Of a stretch of DNA of 64,000 bases, positions 37,809 to 47,632 are shown one piece after another. Position 1 is the first letter of the stretch, and every line of letters starts with the position of its first letter. The position numbers and the translations under genes were made by a program. This DNA is from Acidimicrobiales bacterium (lineage in GTDB: Bacteria > Actinomycetota > Acidimicrobiia > Acidimicrobiales > RAAP-2), in the NCBI GenBank assembly GCA_036509795.1, contig DATCEX010000008.1, positions 12,441 to 76,440 of the forward strand. Reading direction: 5' to 3'. The notes below the pieces were generated by a model that saw only the letters and a program-made list of their open reading frames with translations, did no database searches and was not told the DNA's origin.

Positions 37809-38642
37809 TTATGAGACGGCGTAATGGGCCTCGAGTTCAATGGCCAACACTTCCACCGAACTCACAATGCGCGACGGCCGGTAGGGAAAGCGCTGCGCGT
37901 CGTCCTCTCCCGAGACCCCCGACAGCACGAGAACGGTGTGCAGTCCCGCTTCGAGTCCGGCGACCATGTCGGTGTCCATCCGGTCCCCGACCATGGCGGT
38001 GCTCTCGGAATGGGCCGAGAGTTCACGTAGCGCCGAGCGGATCATCAACGGGTTGGGTTTGCCCACGAAATAGGGTTCCTTGCCCGTCGCGTGACTGATC
38101 AAGGCCGTCAAGGCGCCGGTTGCGGGCAGTGAGCCGTCCAGACTCGGGCCCGTCGGATCGGGGTTCGTCGCGATAAAGCGGGTCCCGCTCTCAATGAGGC
38201 GTACCGCCTTGGTAATGCGCTCAAAGCTGTAGTTTCGGGTCTCACCAATGACGACGTAATCAGGATCATTTTCGGACTGCGTGTACCCGACCTCGTGCAA
38301 GGCCGTGGTGAGACCAACTTCTCCGATGACGAAGGCCGATCCACCCGGGCGCTGGGCCGCGAGGAAGCCGGCCGTCGCGAGAGCCGAGGTCCAGATTCGT
38401 TCTTCGGGGACGTTAAGCCCCCCGAAGTTCAATCGTGCGCTCAAGTCGCGGCGCGTGTACATCGAATTGTTCGTCAGCACGAGAAACGGGGTCTCGGACT
38501 CGCGCAAGATGTTGAGGAAGCGGTTGGCCCCCTCGATGGGGTGTTCCTCGCGCACCAACACACCATCCATATCGAGGAGCCACGAACCGATTTCGGACGC
38601 GTTGCGCACATTTGGCCACGTCGACGGTCTCTTCTGAGCCAT
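37809..38642 (-). CDS. HAD-IIA family hydrolase (NagD-like)
   Basis: 277 aa with LLDMDGVL (motif I), LTNNS (motif II) and GDRMDTD (motif IV). A GAAGGAG SD lies upstream. Confidence 0.75.
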   Translation of the reverse strand: MAQKRPSTWPNVRNASEIGSWLLDMDGVLVREEHPIEGANRFLNILRESETPFLVLTNNSMYTRRDLSARLNFGGLNVPEERIWTSALATAGFLAAQRPGGSAFVIGEVGLTTALHEVGYTQSENDPDYVVIGETRNYSFERITKAVRLIESGTRFIATNPDPTGPSLDGSLPATGALTALISHATGKEPYFVGKPNPLMIRSALRELSAHSESTAMVGDRMDTDMVAGLEAGLHTVLVLSGVSGEDDAQRFPYRPSRIVSSVEVLAIELEAHYAVS

Positions 38643-38820
38643 TGTGCGCTACTCCTTCATTGAATCAGTCGACCATGGGCGACTGGTCGAACACGATCGA
38701 GACGGCGGTGCTCACCACGATTTCTCCCCCACTCTACGCGAGGCGAGGATGTCATTCGTGGCCAGGGCTTACGTCCGTTGAAGGCGACGAGGCACCGGGC
38801 GCCAATGATTCAACTACGCG

Positions 38821-40741
38821 CTAGGTGGCCACGCCCGAGAACTGGCTGTTGTAGAGGGCGAAGTAACCCCGGCCGCCACCATCAACTCATCGTGTGAGCC
38901 CTGTTCGACGATCTGACCGCGGTCCATCACGATGATGGTATCGGCGTCACGGATCGTCGAGAGACGATGCGCAATGACAAAGCTGGTTCGCTCCCGGCGA
39001 AGTTGCGCTTCGCTTTTTGAATGAGGACTTCAGTGCGCGTGTCGACATTGCTCGTGGCCTCGTCGAGGATCAAGATGCTCTGGTCGGCGAGGAACGCGCG
39101 CGCGATGGTGAGCAACTGCTTTTGACCGGCCGAGAGATTCGAGGCGTTTTCGTCCAGCAGCGTGTCGTAGCCGTCGGGCAACATCCGCACGAAGGCGTCG
39201 ACGTGCGCTTCTTGCGCCGCGGCGATGACCTCGGCGTCACTCGCGTCGGGTCGTCCGTAACGGATATTGTCGCGAATCGTGCCCGAGAACATCCAGGTAT
39301 CTTGCAAGACCATCCCGTAGGCACTACGAACTTGGTTGCGGGTGAGATCGCGATAGTCGACACCGTTGAGCACGATATGGCCCGACTTGATTTCATAGAA
39401 GCGCACCAGCAAGTTCACCAACGTAGTCTTCCCCGCCCCGGTGGGGCCAACGATGGCGATCGTGGCCCCCGGCGCCACGTCCAACGTGAAGTCCTCGATC
39501 AACGGCTCGTCGGCTTCGTAACGAAAGTTCACGTGCTCGAGTCGCACACTCGCTCCCTGCGCGTCGAGGGGGCCCAGTGCCACCGCCTTCGTCACCTCCG
39601 GGGCCTCCTCGTCGGCGTCGAGGAATTCAAAGACGCGTTCGGCGGACGCGACACCGGATTGCAGCATGTTCATCTGGCTCGCGATTTGGGTGATGGGCAT
39701 CGTGAACTGTCGCGAATATTGAATGAACGCCGTCACCGCCCCGAGCGACAATAGACCCGAGGCGACCCGGTACCCTCCGAGGACGGCGATGGCGACGTAG
39801 TTGATATTGGCGATGAACTGCATGGACGGCTGAATGATGCCCGAAAGGAATTGCGCTTTGAAACTCGCGCGATACAACGAAGTGTTGTGGACGTTGAATT
39901 GCTCCACGGTGGAGGGACCACGCCCGAAGACCTGCACGAGTTCGTGACCGGTGTGAGATTCTTCGACCAGACCGTTAAGGCTCCCCGTACTTCGCCACTG
40001 ATCGGCGAAGTGGTGCTGAGAACGTTTGGCGATCAACGCCGTGACCACCAGGGCGAGGGGAATCGTCACCAGGCTGACTATCGCCAGCAACGGCGAGATC
40101 CAAAACATCATGCCCAACACGCCGACGATGGTGAGCGCCGACGTCAGTAGTTGGCTCAAGCCTTGTTGAATCGTGGTCGTAATGTTGTCGATGTCGTTGG
40201 TGACGCGACTGAGGACGTCTCCGTGGGAGTGCGAATCGAAGTAGCGAAGTGGGAGTCGCGACATCTTGGCCTCCACGTCACGACGCATACGAAAGACCAC
40301 CCGCTGGGTGACGCCGGCCATCGTGAAGCCTTGGAGATAGTTGAACAGTGATCCCACGACGTAGATCAGCGCGGCGATGCCCAAGATTTGACCCATGCGG
40401 TCGATGTCGACACCGACGCCCGGGGTCAAACGCATTCCCGAGATCATCGTCGCCAACTGTCCGTGACCGTGAGCACGCAGCGTAACAATCGCCTGGGCTT
40501 TCGTCGTGCCCGCGGGCAACGTCTTGGAGATGAGTCCGTCGAACAATACGTTGGTCGCACTGCCGAGAATTTGAGGTCCCGATACCATGAACCCGACCGA
40601 CGCGACACCCAAGAAGAGGGCGAGAAACAGCTTGAGACGCTCGGGCGCCAGTCGCGCGGCGAGCCGTCGCGTGGTGCCGCGAACATCCTTACTCTTTCGC
40701 GTCGGACCGGTCGGACCGCGCATCTGGCCCATCATGCTCAT
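38821..40741 (-). pseudogene. ABC exporter fused permease-ATPase subunit (second of a pair), with two -1 frameshifts near the 3' end
   Basis: The ATG at 40741 forms an ATGA overlap with the partner gene stop. It has six-TM plus NBD motifs (GPTGAGKTT, LSAGQKQLL, ILILDEATS). The D-loop-distal end [37 protein letters not shown] and the terminus [18 protein letters not shown] lie in two other frames. The shifts occur at the T5 run 39014-39018 and the C4 run 38867-38870. Confidence 0.7.
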
Positions 40742-42474
40742 TGGGTCGCCGCCTCTCCGAGCTGTGACACGACGATCTCGCGGTACGTCGTACACGACCC
40801 CACCAGCTGGAGGTGCGTTCCCACCTACACGATGCGGCCCTCGTCGAGCACGATGATCTGATCGGCGTCGATAATCGTCGAGACTCGCTGGGCCACGATC
40901 ACGACCGCCGCCTTACCGACACCGGTCTTTAGCGCCAGGCGGAGTCGGGCGTCCGTCGCGGCGTCGAGGGCCGAGAAGCAGTCGTCGAACAAGTAGGCGT
41001 CGGCCCGCTTCACTAGGGCGCGCGCAATACAGAGTCGTTGGCGCTGACCACCAGACACGTTGGTGCCCCCCTGGTCGACCGGGGCCTCCAACGCTCCCGG
41101 CATGGCCAGCACGAAATCCGCGGCCTGGGCCACTTCGAGGGCGCGCCACAGTTCTTCGTCGCTCGCGTCCTCACGCCCGAAGCGAAGATTCGAGGCCACG
41201 GTCCCGCTGAAGAGATAGGCGCCCTGGGGCACGATGCCCAGCGACGCCCACAAGTCCTCGAGGTCCTGGTTTCGAACGTCGACGCCGTTGACGAGGACGC
41301 GCCCGTTCGTGGCCTCAAAGAAGCGAGGAATCAGATTAATGAGCGTGGTCTTGCCACTACCGGTACCACCGATGATTGCGCTGGTGGATCCCGGCGACAA
41401 CGTGAAGTCCAGTTCTTCGAGCACGGGGCGCTCAGAGCCCGGATACGAGAAGGACACCCCCTCGAAGCGGATCTGTCCGTCACGCACAGTGATGGGCTGA
41501 GGACGCGCCGGATTAGTGATGACCGGGGCGGTGTTCAAGACTTGACTCACGCGTTCGGCGCTCGCGGCGGCTCGCGGTAACAAGATCGCGACCATCACCG
41601 CCATCATCACCGACAGCAAGATCTGCATGATGTAGGTCAAGAATGCGGTGAGGTTGCCGATCGGCATCGACCCCTCACTCACCAAGCGGCCGCCGAACCA
41701 GACGACGGCCACCGACGAGAGATTCAAGATGATCATCATCATCGGCAGCATCACGGCGAACGTGCGGTTCACGCTGAGCGCGGTGGAGGCGAGGGCGCCA
41801 CTGGCCTCGTTAAAGCGATCGGCTTCGAAGTCGCTGCGCACAAAAGCGCGAATGACTCGCACGCCGGTGATTTGTTCGCGCAAGACCTCGGTGAGGCGGT
41901 CGATCTTGACCTGCATCGAGCGGAATTTGGGGATGACTTTCAACATCACGACGGTGAGGAAGACTCCCATGACGGGCACCGCGACGAGGAGCAACGTCGA
42001 AAGCCGAGCACCCTCGTGCAGCGCCATCGCGATGCCGCCAAAACACATGATGGGTGCGACCACCATCATGGTGAGGGCCATCTGAATGAAGATTTGGATC
42101 TGCTGCACGTCGTTGGTATTTCGCGTGATCAACGACGCCGTACCAAAGACGTTCATGTCACGCGAGGAGAAGGACTGCACTCGTTCGAAGACGCTGGTGC
42201 GAATATCGGCCCCGGCGCCCATGGCCACGTGCGACGCCCAGTAGATCCCCACCACCGAAAAGACCCCGATAAACAAGGTGAGGAGCAACATCCACTCGCC
42301 GGTGTGGATGATGTAGTGGAGATGACCGGTCACCACACCGTTGTTGATGATGTCGCCATTGAGGTTCGGTAAATAGAGGTTTCCGGCCGTTTGAGCGACC
42401 AACAACCCCACCAGCACCAGAATCTGGCGCAGATACGGGCGCAAGAACCGGCCGAGAAGTCGCGAAAGAACCAT
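40738..42474 (-). pseudogene. ABC exporter fused permease-ATPase subunit (first of a pair), with an in-frame TAG 30 codons before the conserved end
   Basis: The 549-aa ORF ends ...LDEGRIV-TAG (40825-40827). The same frame continues VGTHLQLVGSCTTYREIVVSQLGEAATQ-TGA (40738-40740). That TGA overlaps the ATG of the next gene. Walker A is GGTGSGKTT and the signature is VSGGQRQRL. Confidence 0.7.
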
Positions 42475-42629
42475 GCTCCATCAAACTACCCTCGCGCGTG
42501 TCGACGTATTCGATGCCACAATGGGCCGGGCCACGCAGGGCGAGTCGTACGCGCCATCCTGCGACGCCCGCGAACTGTAACAGTCGACCGACCAGTGAGA
42601 CGAAACACCACACACCGAAAGCAGGCCTC

Positions 42630-43832
42630 ATGTCACTCCAGCCCAATACCCTCACCGTCATCGGCGCGAGTTGGTGCCCAGACTGTCGTCGCACGAAGTC
42701 GTTTTTGGCCGAACATCGCATTAAGTACGAGTGGATCGATCTGGACACCCAGCTCGAGGCGACGGCGCTGGTGGAACGGCTCAACGACGGTAATCGAATA
42801 ATCCCCACCGTGGTCTTCGCCGACGGAACACACCTGGCTGAACCAGGCAATGATGCCCTCGCCGACAAACTCGGACTCACGCGAGTGGCGGCATCGCGCA
42901 TGTACGACCTCATCGTCGTGGGTGGAGGCCCCACCGGTATCACGACGTCGATCTACGCCGCTCGAGAGAACTCGTCGGTACTCATCATCGAGAAATCGGC
43001 CCTGGGTGGCCAAGCTGGAATCACCGAACGACTCGACAACTACCCGGGATTCCCCGACGGGGTCGCCGGACACGATCTCGCCGAACGAATGGCGCGCCAA
43101 GCTGAGCGCTACGGGGTGGAGATGCTCCAGGCAGTCGCCGTGACGGGCGTGCGCCGCGAGGACGACGTGGTAATGGTCGAGACGTCCACCGGCGACGCGT
43201 ACCGCGCGCGCGCCGTTCTCATCGCTACGGGCTCAACGTACCGGCGTACGTCGGCCGAGGGAGAGGCCGAACTCATTGGCGCGGGTATCCACTTTTGTGC
43301 GACCTGCGACGGTCCGTTCTATCGCGACGCTCCGGAAGTCGTCGTCATCGGTGGTGGTAACAGTGGCCTGGAAGAAGGCTTGTTCCTCACCCAATTCGCC
43401 CAGCACGTCACCGTCGTTGAACATTCGGCCAATCTCGCGGGCAGCCGATTGCTCCAGGACAAAGTGCGCGCGCATCCCCAGATGAGTGTGCGCGTCAATA
43501 TGCGCGTCACCTCCTTCGACGCCGACGACCACGGAAAATTATCGACCGTGGTGTTGGAAGATCTCGCGACCGGCGCGACCGAACACCACGCGGCGACCGG
43601 CGCGTTCGTGTTCATCGGGCTCGACCCCAATTCGGGATTTCTCGCTGACTCCGTCGTGCGCGACGAACGGGGCTTCATCGTGAGCGACCAACAATTTCGC
43701 ACCAATATAGAGGGCGTCTTCGTCGCGGGCGACGTCCGTGGTGGTTCCACGAAGCAACTCGCCAGTGCCGTGGGTGAGGGAGCTGCCGCTGCGATACAAA
43801 TTCGTTACTTTCTCGACGCAGCCACGCCGTGA
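42630..43832 (+). CDS. Glutaredoxin/NrdH-like domain fused to a thioredoxin-reductase-like flavoprotein
   Basis: Start at ATG 42630. The N-terminal ~80 aa carry a WCPDC motif. These are followed by GGGPTG (FAD), CATCDG (redox disulfide), GGGNSGLEEG (second dinucleotide site) and GDV..G.TKQ. Confidence 0.75.
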   Translation: MSLQPNTLTVIGASWCPDCRRTKSFLAEHRIKYEWIDLDTQLEATALVERLNDGNRIIPTVVFADGTHLAEPGNDALADKLGLTRVAASRMYDLIVVGGGPTGITTSIYAARENSSVLIIEKSALGGQAGITERLDNYPGFPDGVAGHDLAERMARQAERYGVEMLQAVAVTGVRREDDVVMVETSTGDAYRARAVLIATGSTYRRTSAEGEAELIGAGIHFCATCDGPFYRDAPEVVVIGGGNSGLEEGLFLTQFAQHVTVVEHSANLAGSRLLQDKVRAHPQMSVRVNMRVTSFDADDHGKLSTVVLEDLATGATEHHAATGAFVFIGLDPNSGFLADSVVRDERGFIVSDQQFRTNIEGVFVAGDVRGGSTKQLASAVGEGAAAAIQIRYFLDAATP

Positions 43833-43884
43833 GGCATGGCGTCAGACGGTCGTGGCAAGATGACGAGCACAAGGGAGGGGTGAC

Positions 43885-43947
43885 ATGTCGAGAGAACTGA
43901 GCACGCCAGCGCCTGTAGCCCTCGTCAATATACTTCCCTCGGTATGA
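43885..43947 (+). CDS. Candidate 20-codon upstream ORF / leader peptide
   Basis: An AAGGGAGGGG SD lies 4 nt before ATG 43885. The peptide is MSRELSTPAPVALVNILPSV. Its TGA (43945-43947) overlaps the ATG (43944) of the downstream gene, which has no SD of its own. Confidence 0.4.
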   Translation: MSRELSTPAPVALVNILPSV

Positions 43948-44618
43948 CAACTCACCGACGTCGCCATCACATCGACCGAATTAAAGCCCTCGTCGTGCTC
44001 GTATTTACCGTGGCCCTCACTAGCGCCACGGCACTGCATTCGCCCTTGGCCGTCGCCGCAAACTCCTCGAGTGTTATGACCGTGGCGGACTACGCCTTCT
44101 TAACTGCGAATCACGCACGCCCTCCTCACGCCGTGACCGCCGCGGATGTCGCCAACGCGGTTGCGACGGAGTTGAGGATTGGTTCGACCCTGACGCTCGG
44201 CTTCAATGTCGACGACGTCATGAATTACCCGCGCCTGGCGCTCTTCGTGAGTGCCGCCACCTTCAAAGAGATCTGCGTCGACTTCCCTGCGACCGTCGGG
44301 CGAGCACCGATGGTCGTCTCATGTCCGATCCAGGCTCTTACTCAGTGGCAGTTACTACCGTCCCTAATGAACCAGAGTCGATACGCCGTGGCCGCAGCAG
44401 CGGCCAAAGGGCGAGCCGTTTCGGGTGCGGACGTCGTCCGATTCTTGAAAAATGGTGACTACACGTTCCTCCACGCCCCGTCGTTTCGAGAAGGCCAGGG
44501 CGGAGTGGTCACTTTCACTATGAAGATGACGCTCAACAGCATGTCGACAACGACCCGCGTTTGCATTCACTATCCCAAGACGGAAGCGGGAATTCCGGTG
44601 CAGGTGTTGTGCAAGTAG
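43944..44618 (+). CDS. Secreted hypothetical protein
   Basis: 224 aa with a basic N-terminus, a hydrophobic core and AVA-AN (signal-peptide-like), plus four Cys. No family was recognised. Confidence 0.5.
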   Translation: MTTHRRRHHIDRIKALVVLVFTVALTSATALHSPLAVAANSSSVMTVADYAFLTANHARPPHAVTAADVANAVATELRIGSTLTLGFNVDDVMNYPRLALFVSAATFKEICVDFPATVGRAPMVVSCPIQALTQWQLLPSLMNQSRYAVAAAAAKGRAVSGADVVRFLKNGDYTFLHAPSFREGQGGVVTFTMKMTLNSMSTTTRVCIHYPKTEAGIPVQVLCK

Positions 44619-44923
44619 CAGTGAGCGAGGTTGCAGTGCCAAAGAGACCACGTCGACAGCGCACATCGCCTAATCTTCAACAACGTCCGGGGCGTGTGAC
44701 GTCAACTCGCCTACCGAACCGAGGTATCACTCCGGCCACGCTCAGATAGTCGTTGTACGCGGTGCACTGAAGAAATCTCGCCGCGGGTGGGCCTGGACTC
44801 GGTATCCGCGACTCAATCGTCTCAGGCCCGTCGCCACCGGTTTGGCGACTATCAAACTGACTACCAATGTCGTAGCCAGATTGATAGCCACGTCAGACTT
44901 CCTGCTGTAGTGCCCCTTATGCG

Positions 44924-44994
44924 AGGCGGCGTCCGGATTCGAACCGGAGTACGGGGCTTTGCAGGCCCCTGCCTAACCGCTCGGCCACGCCGCC
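44924..44994 (-). tRNA. tRNA-Cys (anticodon GCA)
   Basis: A hand-folded 71-nt cloverleaf: acceptor GGCGGCG/CGCCGCC, anticodon arm GGGGC-CTGCAAA-GCCCC, T arm TCCGG-TTCGAAT-CCGGA. Confidence 0.85.
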
Positions 44995-45022
44995 AGAACG
45001 ACCATCCTACTCGCCGCCTCTA

Positions 45023-45148
45023 CTACTTTTTCCTCATCAGCACCCGGGCAATCAAGTAGATGGCTCCCACAACGATGGCTAATTCGATAATGGTACGAAT
45101 CACGCTCGTCAGGAGCGTCACCAAAATCAGTGCCACCACCGCGGCCAT
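45023..45148 (-). CDS. Possible small hydrophobic protein
   Basis: MAAVVALILVTLLTSVIRTIIELAIVVGAIYLIARVLMRKK. The start is uncertain, and the longer ORF form would overlap the L,D-transpeptidase start. Confidence 0.25.
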   Translation of the reverse strand: MAAVVALILVTLLTSVIRTIIELAIVVGAIYLIARVLMRKK

Positions 45149-45257
45149 GATCACTCCCACGATGGTTCCCTTGGTCCTGTCCACAATCCTCCTCGTGCTG
45201 CGCGTGCCCTCAAGCGTACGGGTCGGGTGGCTGAACAGAGGTATTAGGCTACGAGCC

Positions 45258-46304
45258 ATGAGAAGGTTGGTCGCGCGCGCGTTGGTGGTCGCGTTGGTGG
45301 CCGGAGTCACCGTGGTGCCCTTCGCATCTATTGCCCAGGCCCAGTCCTCTCTCATGGTGACAGCCTCAAGTCAAATCGCTACCCGCATCAACACGTCCAT
45401 GCCAGTTGTGCGCCTGCACTTCACTCGCGCCGTCAACGCGCAGAAACTACCGGCCCTCAAGGTCAGCCCCGCCCTGGCCACTGACTGGCAACAAATCAGT
45501 CCCCTAGACGTCCAAGCAGTCGTCGTCGGCAAGGTCGCTCCGATACTCTCCTACTCCATCACATTGCCCACGTCGTTTCGCTGTGGCGCCACTTGTGCGA
45601 TCGCCGCGTCGAGAGTGGTACAAACCACGCTCGACGTCAATGTCACCTGGGAACAGCAGTTGCTAGCGCAACTTAACTACCTCCCGGTGTCCTTCACACC
45701 CCTAGTGACGGGATCGACGCCCGCGACGCAGGTTCCGGGCGTGTTCGCGTGGCGCTTTCCCCTCTTGCCGGCCAGGTTCTCGTCGCAGTGGCAACAAGGG
45801 GTGGACAACGTCGTCGTGACCGGCGCGGTGATGAACTTTCAAAACGTTCACGGTCTGGCCACCACCGGCGTCGTCGACTCCGTAACGTGGAACGCGTTAG
45901 TCAACGCCGCCAACTCCGGCCAAGTTAATCCGGCGACGTACAACTACGTGGACGTGAGCGAGGCGTCGCCCGAAGTGCTCACTTTGTACGAAAACGGTGT
46001 CGGAAAGTTTAAGTCATTGGTCAACACCGGCATCTCCGTGGCCTCCACCGCCGTCGGCACGTACCACGTCTACCTTCGCTTCACGACACAAACGATGTCG
46101 GGCACGAATCCCAACGGAACGCACTACTCCGACCCCGGGATTCCATGGGTCTCGTACTTCAACGGTGGTGACGCCCTGCACGGATTCATCCGTTCAGGGT
46201 ACGGCTACCCCCAGAGTCTCGGTTGCGTCGAGATGCCTTTCGCCTCGGCGGCCACCATCTGGCCCCACACACCCATCGGAACCCTCGTCACCGTTCACGC
46301 CTAG
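45258..46304 (+). CDS. L,D-transpeptidase with peptidoglycan-binding domain
   Basis: Start at ATG 45258 with a signal peptide (MRRLVARALVVALVAG...AQA). It has a PG-binding-like segment (FQNVHGLATTGVVDSVTWNAL) and a YkuD catalytic motif (HG...SLGCVEM). Confidence 0.8.
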   Translation: MRRLVARALVVALVAGVTVVPFASIAQAQSSLMVTASSQIATRINTSMPVVRLHFTRAVNAQKLPALKVSPALATDWQQISPLDVQAVVVGKVAPILSYSITLPTSFRCGATCAIAASRVVQTTLDVNVTWEQQLLAQLNYLPVSFTPLVTGSTPATQVPGVFAWRFPLLPARFSSQWQQGVDNVVVTGAVMNFQNVHGLATTGVVDSVTWNALVNAANSGQVNPATYNYVDVSEASPEVLTLYENGVGKFKSLVNTGISVASTAVGTYHVYLRFTTQTMSGTNPNGTHYSDPGIPWVSYFNGGDALHGFIRSGYGYPQSLGCVEMPFASAATIWPHTPIGTLVTVHA

Positions 46305-47632
46305 GGCGGACCCTCGGGTCCGAACGCGTGGCTGCCACGCTGACGCTCAATTCGTAGCCCGTGCGTCGAGAGGTCGGACGCGACCCCGACCGAACTCGCT
46401 CCGTAACGTTGACGGATGTCGTCGAGTGCGTCGCGAAGTGACGCCGACAATACCTGCTGTTCGCGCGATCGCGCAATCGCCGCGTCACGACTCTGATCGT
46501 GGGTCGTGACGTCAAAGGAGAGTTGCACCTGATTGTCGACACGTTCGAGAAATGACGACGTATACAATCCGAGCAGGCGGACCGGTCGACTCAAGTCGAC
46601 GCTACGCACGAGAGCCTGAGCAATCGACGTCAAGGCCGATTCATCATCCACGCCGAAGGGCAACGTCTGTGAACGCGAGAGTGACTCCAAATCGTCGAAA
46701 CGTATGACCACGCTCACGGTCCGAGCCACTCGACCCTGGGCCCGCAGAGCCCGCGCGACGACCCCCGCGTGGTGGCGACACTTGTCGAGAATCTCGTCCA
46801 GCTCGATGAGTGACGTCGAAAAAGTTTGATCGTGACCCAATGATTTGAGTTCACGATTCGTCACGACGGTGCGTTCGTCCTCACCGCGGGCGTAGGTCAC
46901 GAGGGTCGCCGCCATGGCCGAACCGACGTGACGCGCCAACGTGACCTCATCCACCTTGGCGAGGTCGCGCACCCAGCGAAGACCCAATTGGTGGAGTTTC
47001 TTCGCGGTCGCCGGGCCGACCCCCCACAGAGCGCGCACCGGTAATTCGCGGAGCCACTGCTGCTCGAGTTCGGGACTCACCCACAGCACGCCCGCCCCCT
47101 CGATAAGTCCGTGATCGACCACGTGGGGCTTGGACTGTTTCGACGCTAGCTTGGCAAAGAGCTTGTTGCGACCGAGTCCGACACCGCATTCGAGTAGGAG
47201 CTCCTCACGGATTCGTCGTCGCAACTCCCCCGCGGCCTCCAGCGGTCGAATTCTCATCCGCCCCAAGCTACGTAAATCAGCGAAGACCTCGTCGAGGCCT
47301 AAGGGCTCGTACTCGGGCGTGAGATCGTTCACGATCGAATGAAAGCGGTGCGAGTACTCCTCGTAACGATCAAAACGACCAGGAAGAATGACCAACTCGG
47401 GACACAGTCGGCGCGCCACAACGGACGGCATCGCACTCTTGACGCCGTGTCGGCGCGCCTCGTAACTGGCGCTCGCAATCACGCCGCGTTGCGCCGCACC
47501 CCCGACGCAGACGGGTCGACCACGCAATGACGGGTCATCCAAGATCTCCACCGACGCAAAGAATGCGTCCAGGTCAACGTGAAGGATGGGCGCTGCCTCG
47601 AGGGTCGGTCGCTCAGTTGACGAGTTCGACAC
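46301..47632 (-). CDS. dinB: DNA polymerase IV (Y-family)
   Basis: ILHVDLDAFFASVE, the SIDEVF-type motif GLDEVFADL, and a little-finger region. The GTG start at 47632 was chosen so that the overlap with the upstream gene is about 20 nt. Confidence 0.8.
   Translation of the reverse strand: MSNSSTERPTLEAAPILHVDLDAFFASVEILDDPSLRGRPVCVGGAAQRGVIASASYEARRHGVKSAMPSVVARRLCPELVILPGRFDRYEEYSHRFHSIVNDLTPEYEPLGLDEVFADLRSLGRMRIRPLEAAGELRRRIREELLLECGVGLGRNKLFAKLASKQSKPHVVDHGLIEGAGVLWVSPELEQQWLRELPVRALWGVGPATAKKLHQLGLRWVRDLAKVDEVTLARHVGSAMAATLVTYARGEDERTVVTNRELKSLGHDQTFSTSLIELDEILDKCRHHAGVVARALRAQGRVARTVSVVIRFDDLESLSRSQTLPFGVDDESALTSIAQALVRSVDLSRPVRLLGLYTSSFLERVDNQVQLSFDVTTHDQSRDAAIARSREQQVLSASLRDALDDIRQRYGASSVGVASDLSTHGLRIERQRGSHAFGPEGPP

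Noticed and set aside
45023-45355. The 110-codon ORF opposite the 5' end of the L,D-transpeptidase ORF, and the long N-terminal extension of ORF 45060-46304.
   Set aside because: The transpeptidase has a canonical signal peptide starting at ATG 45258. Only the last ~40 hydrophobic codons of the minus-strand ORF look protein-like, so I kept them as a low-confidence small-protein feature.
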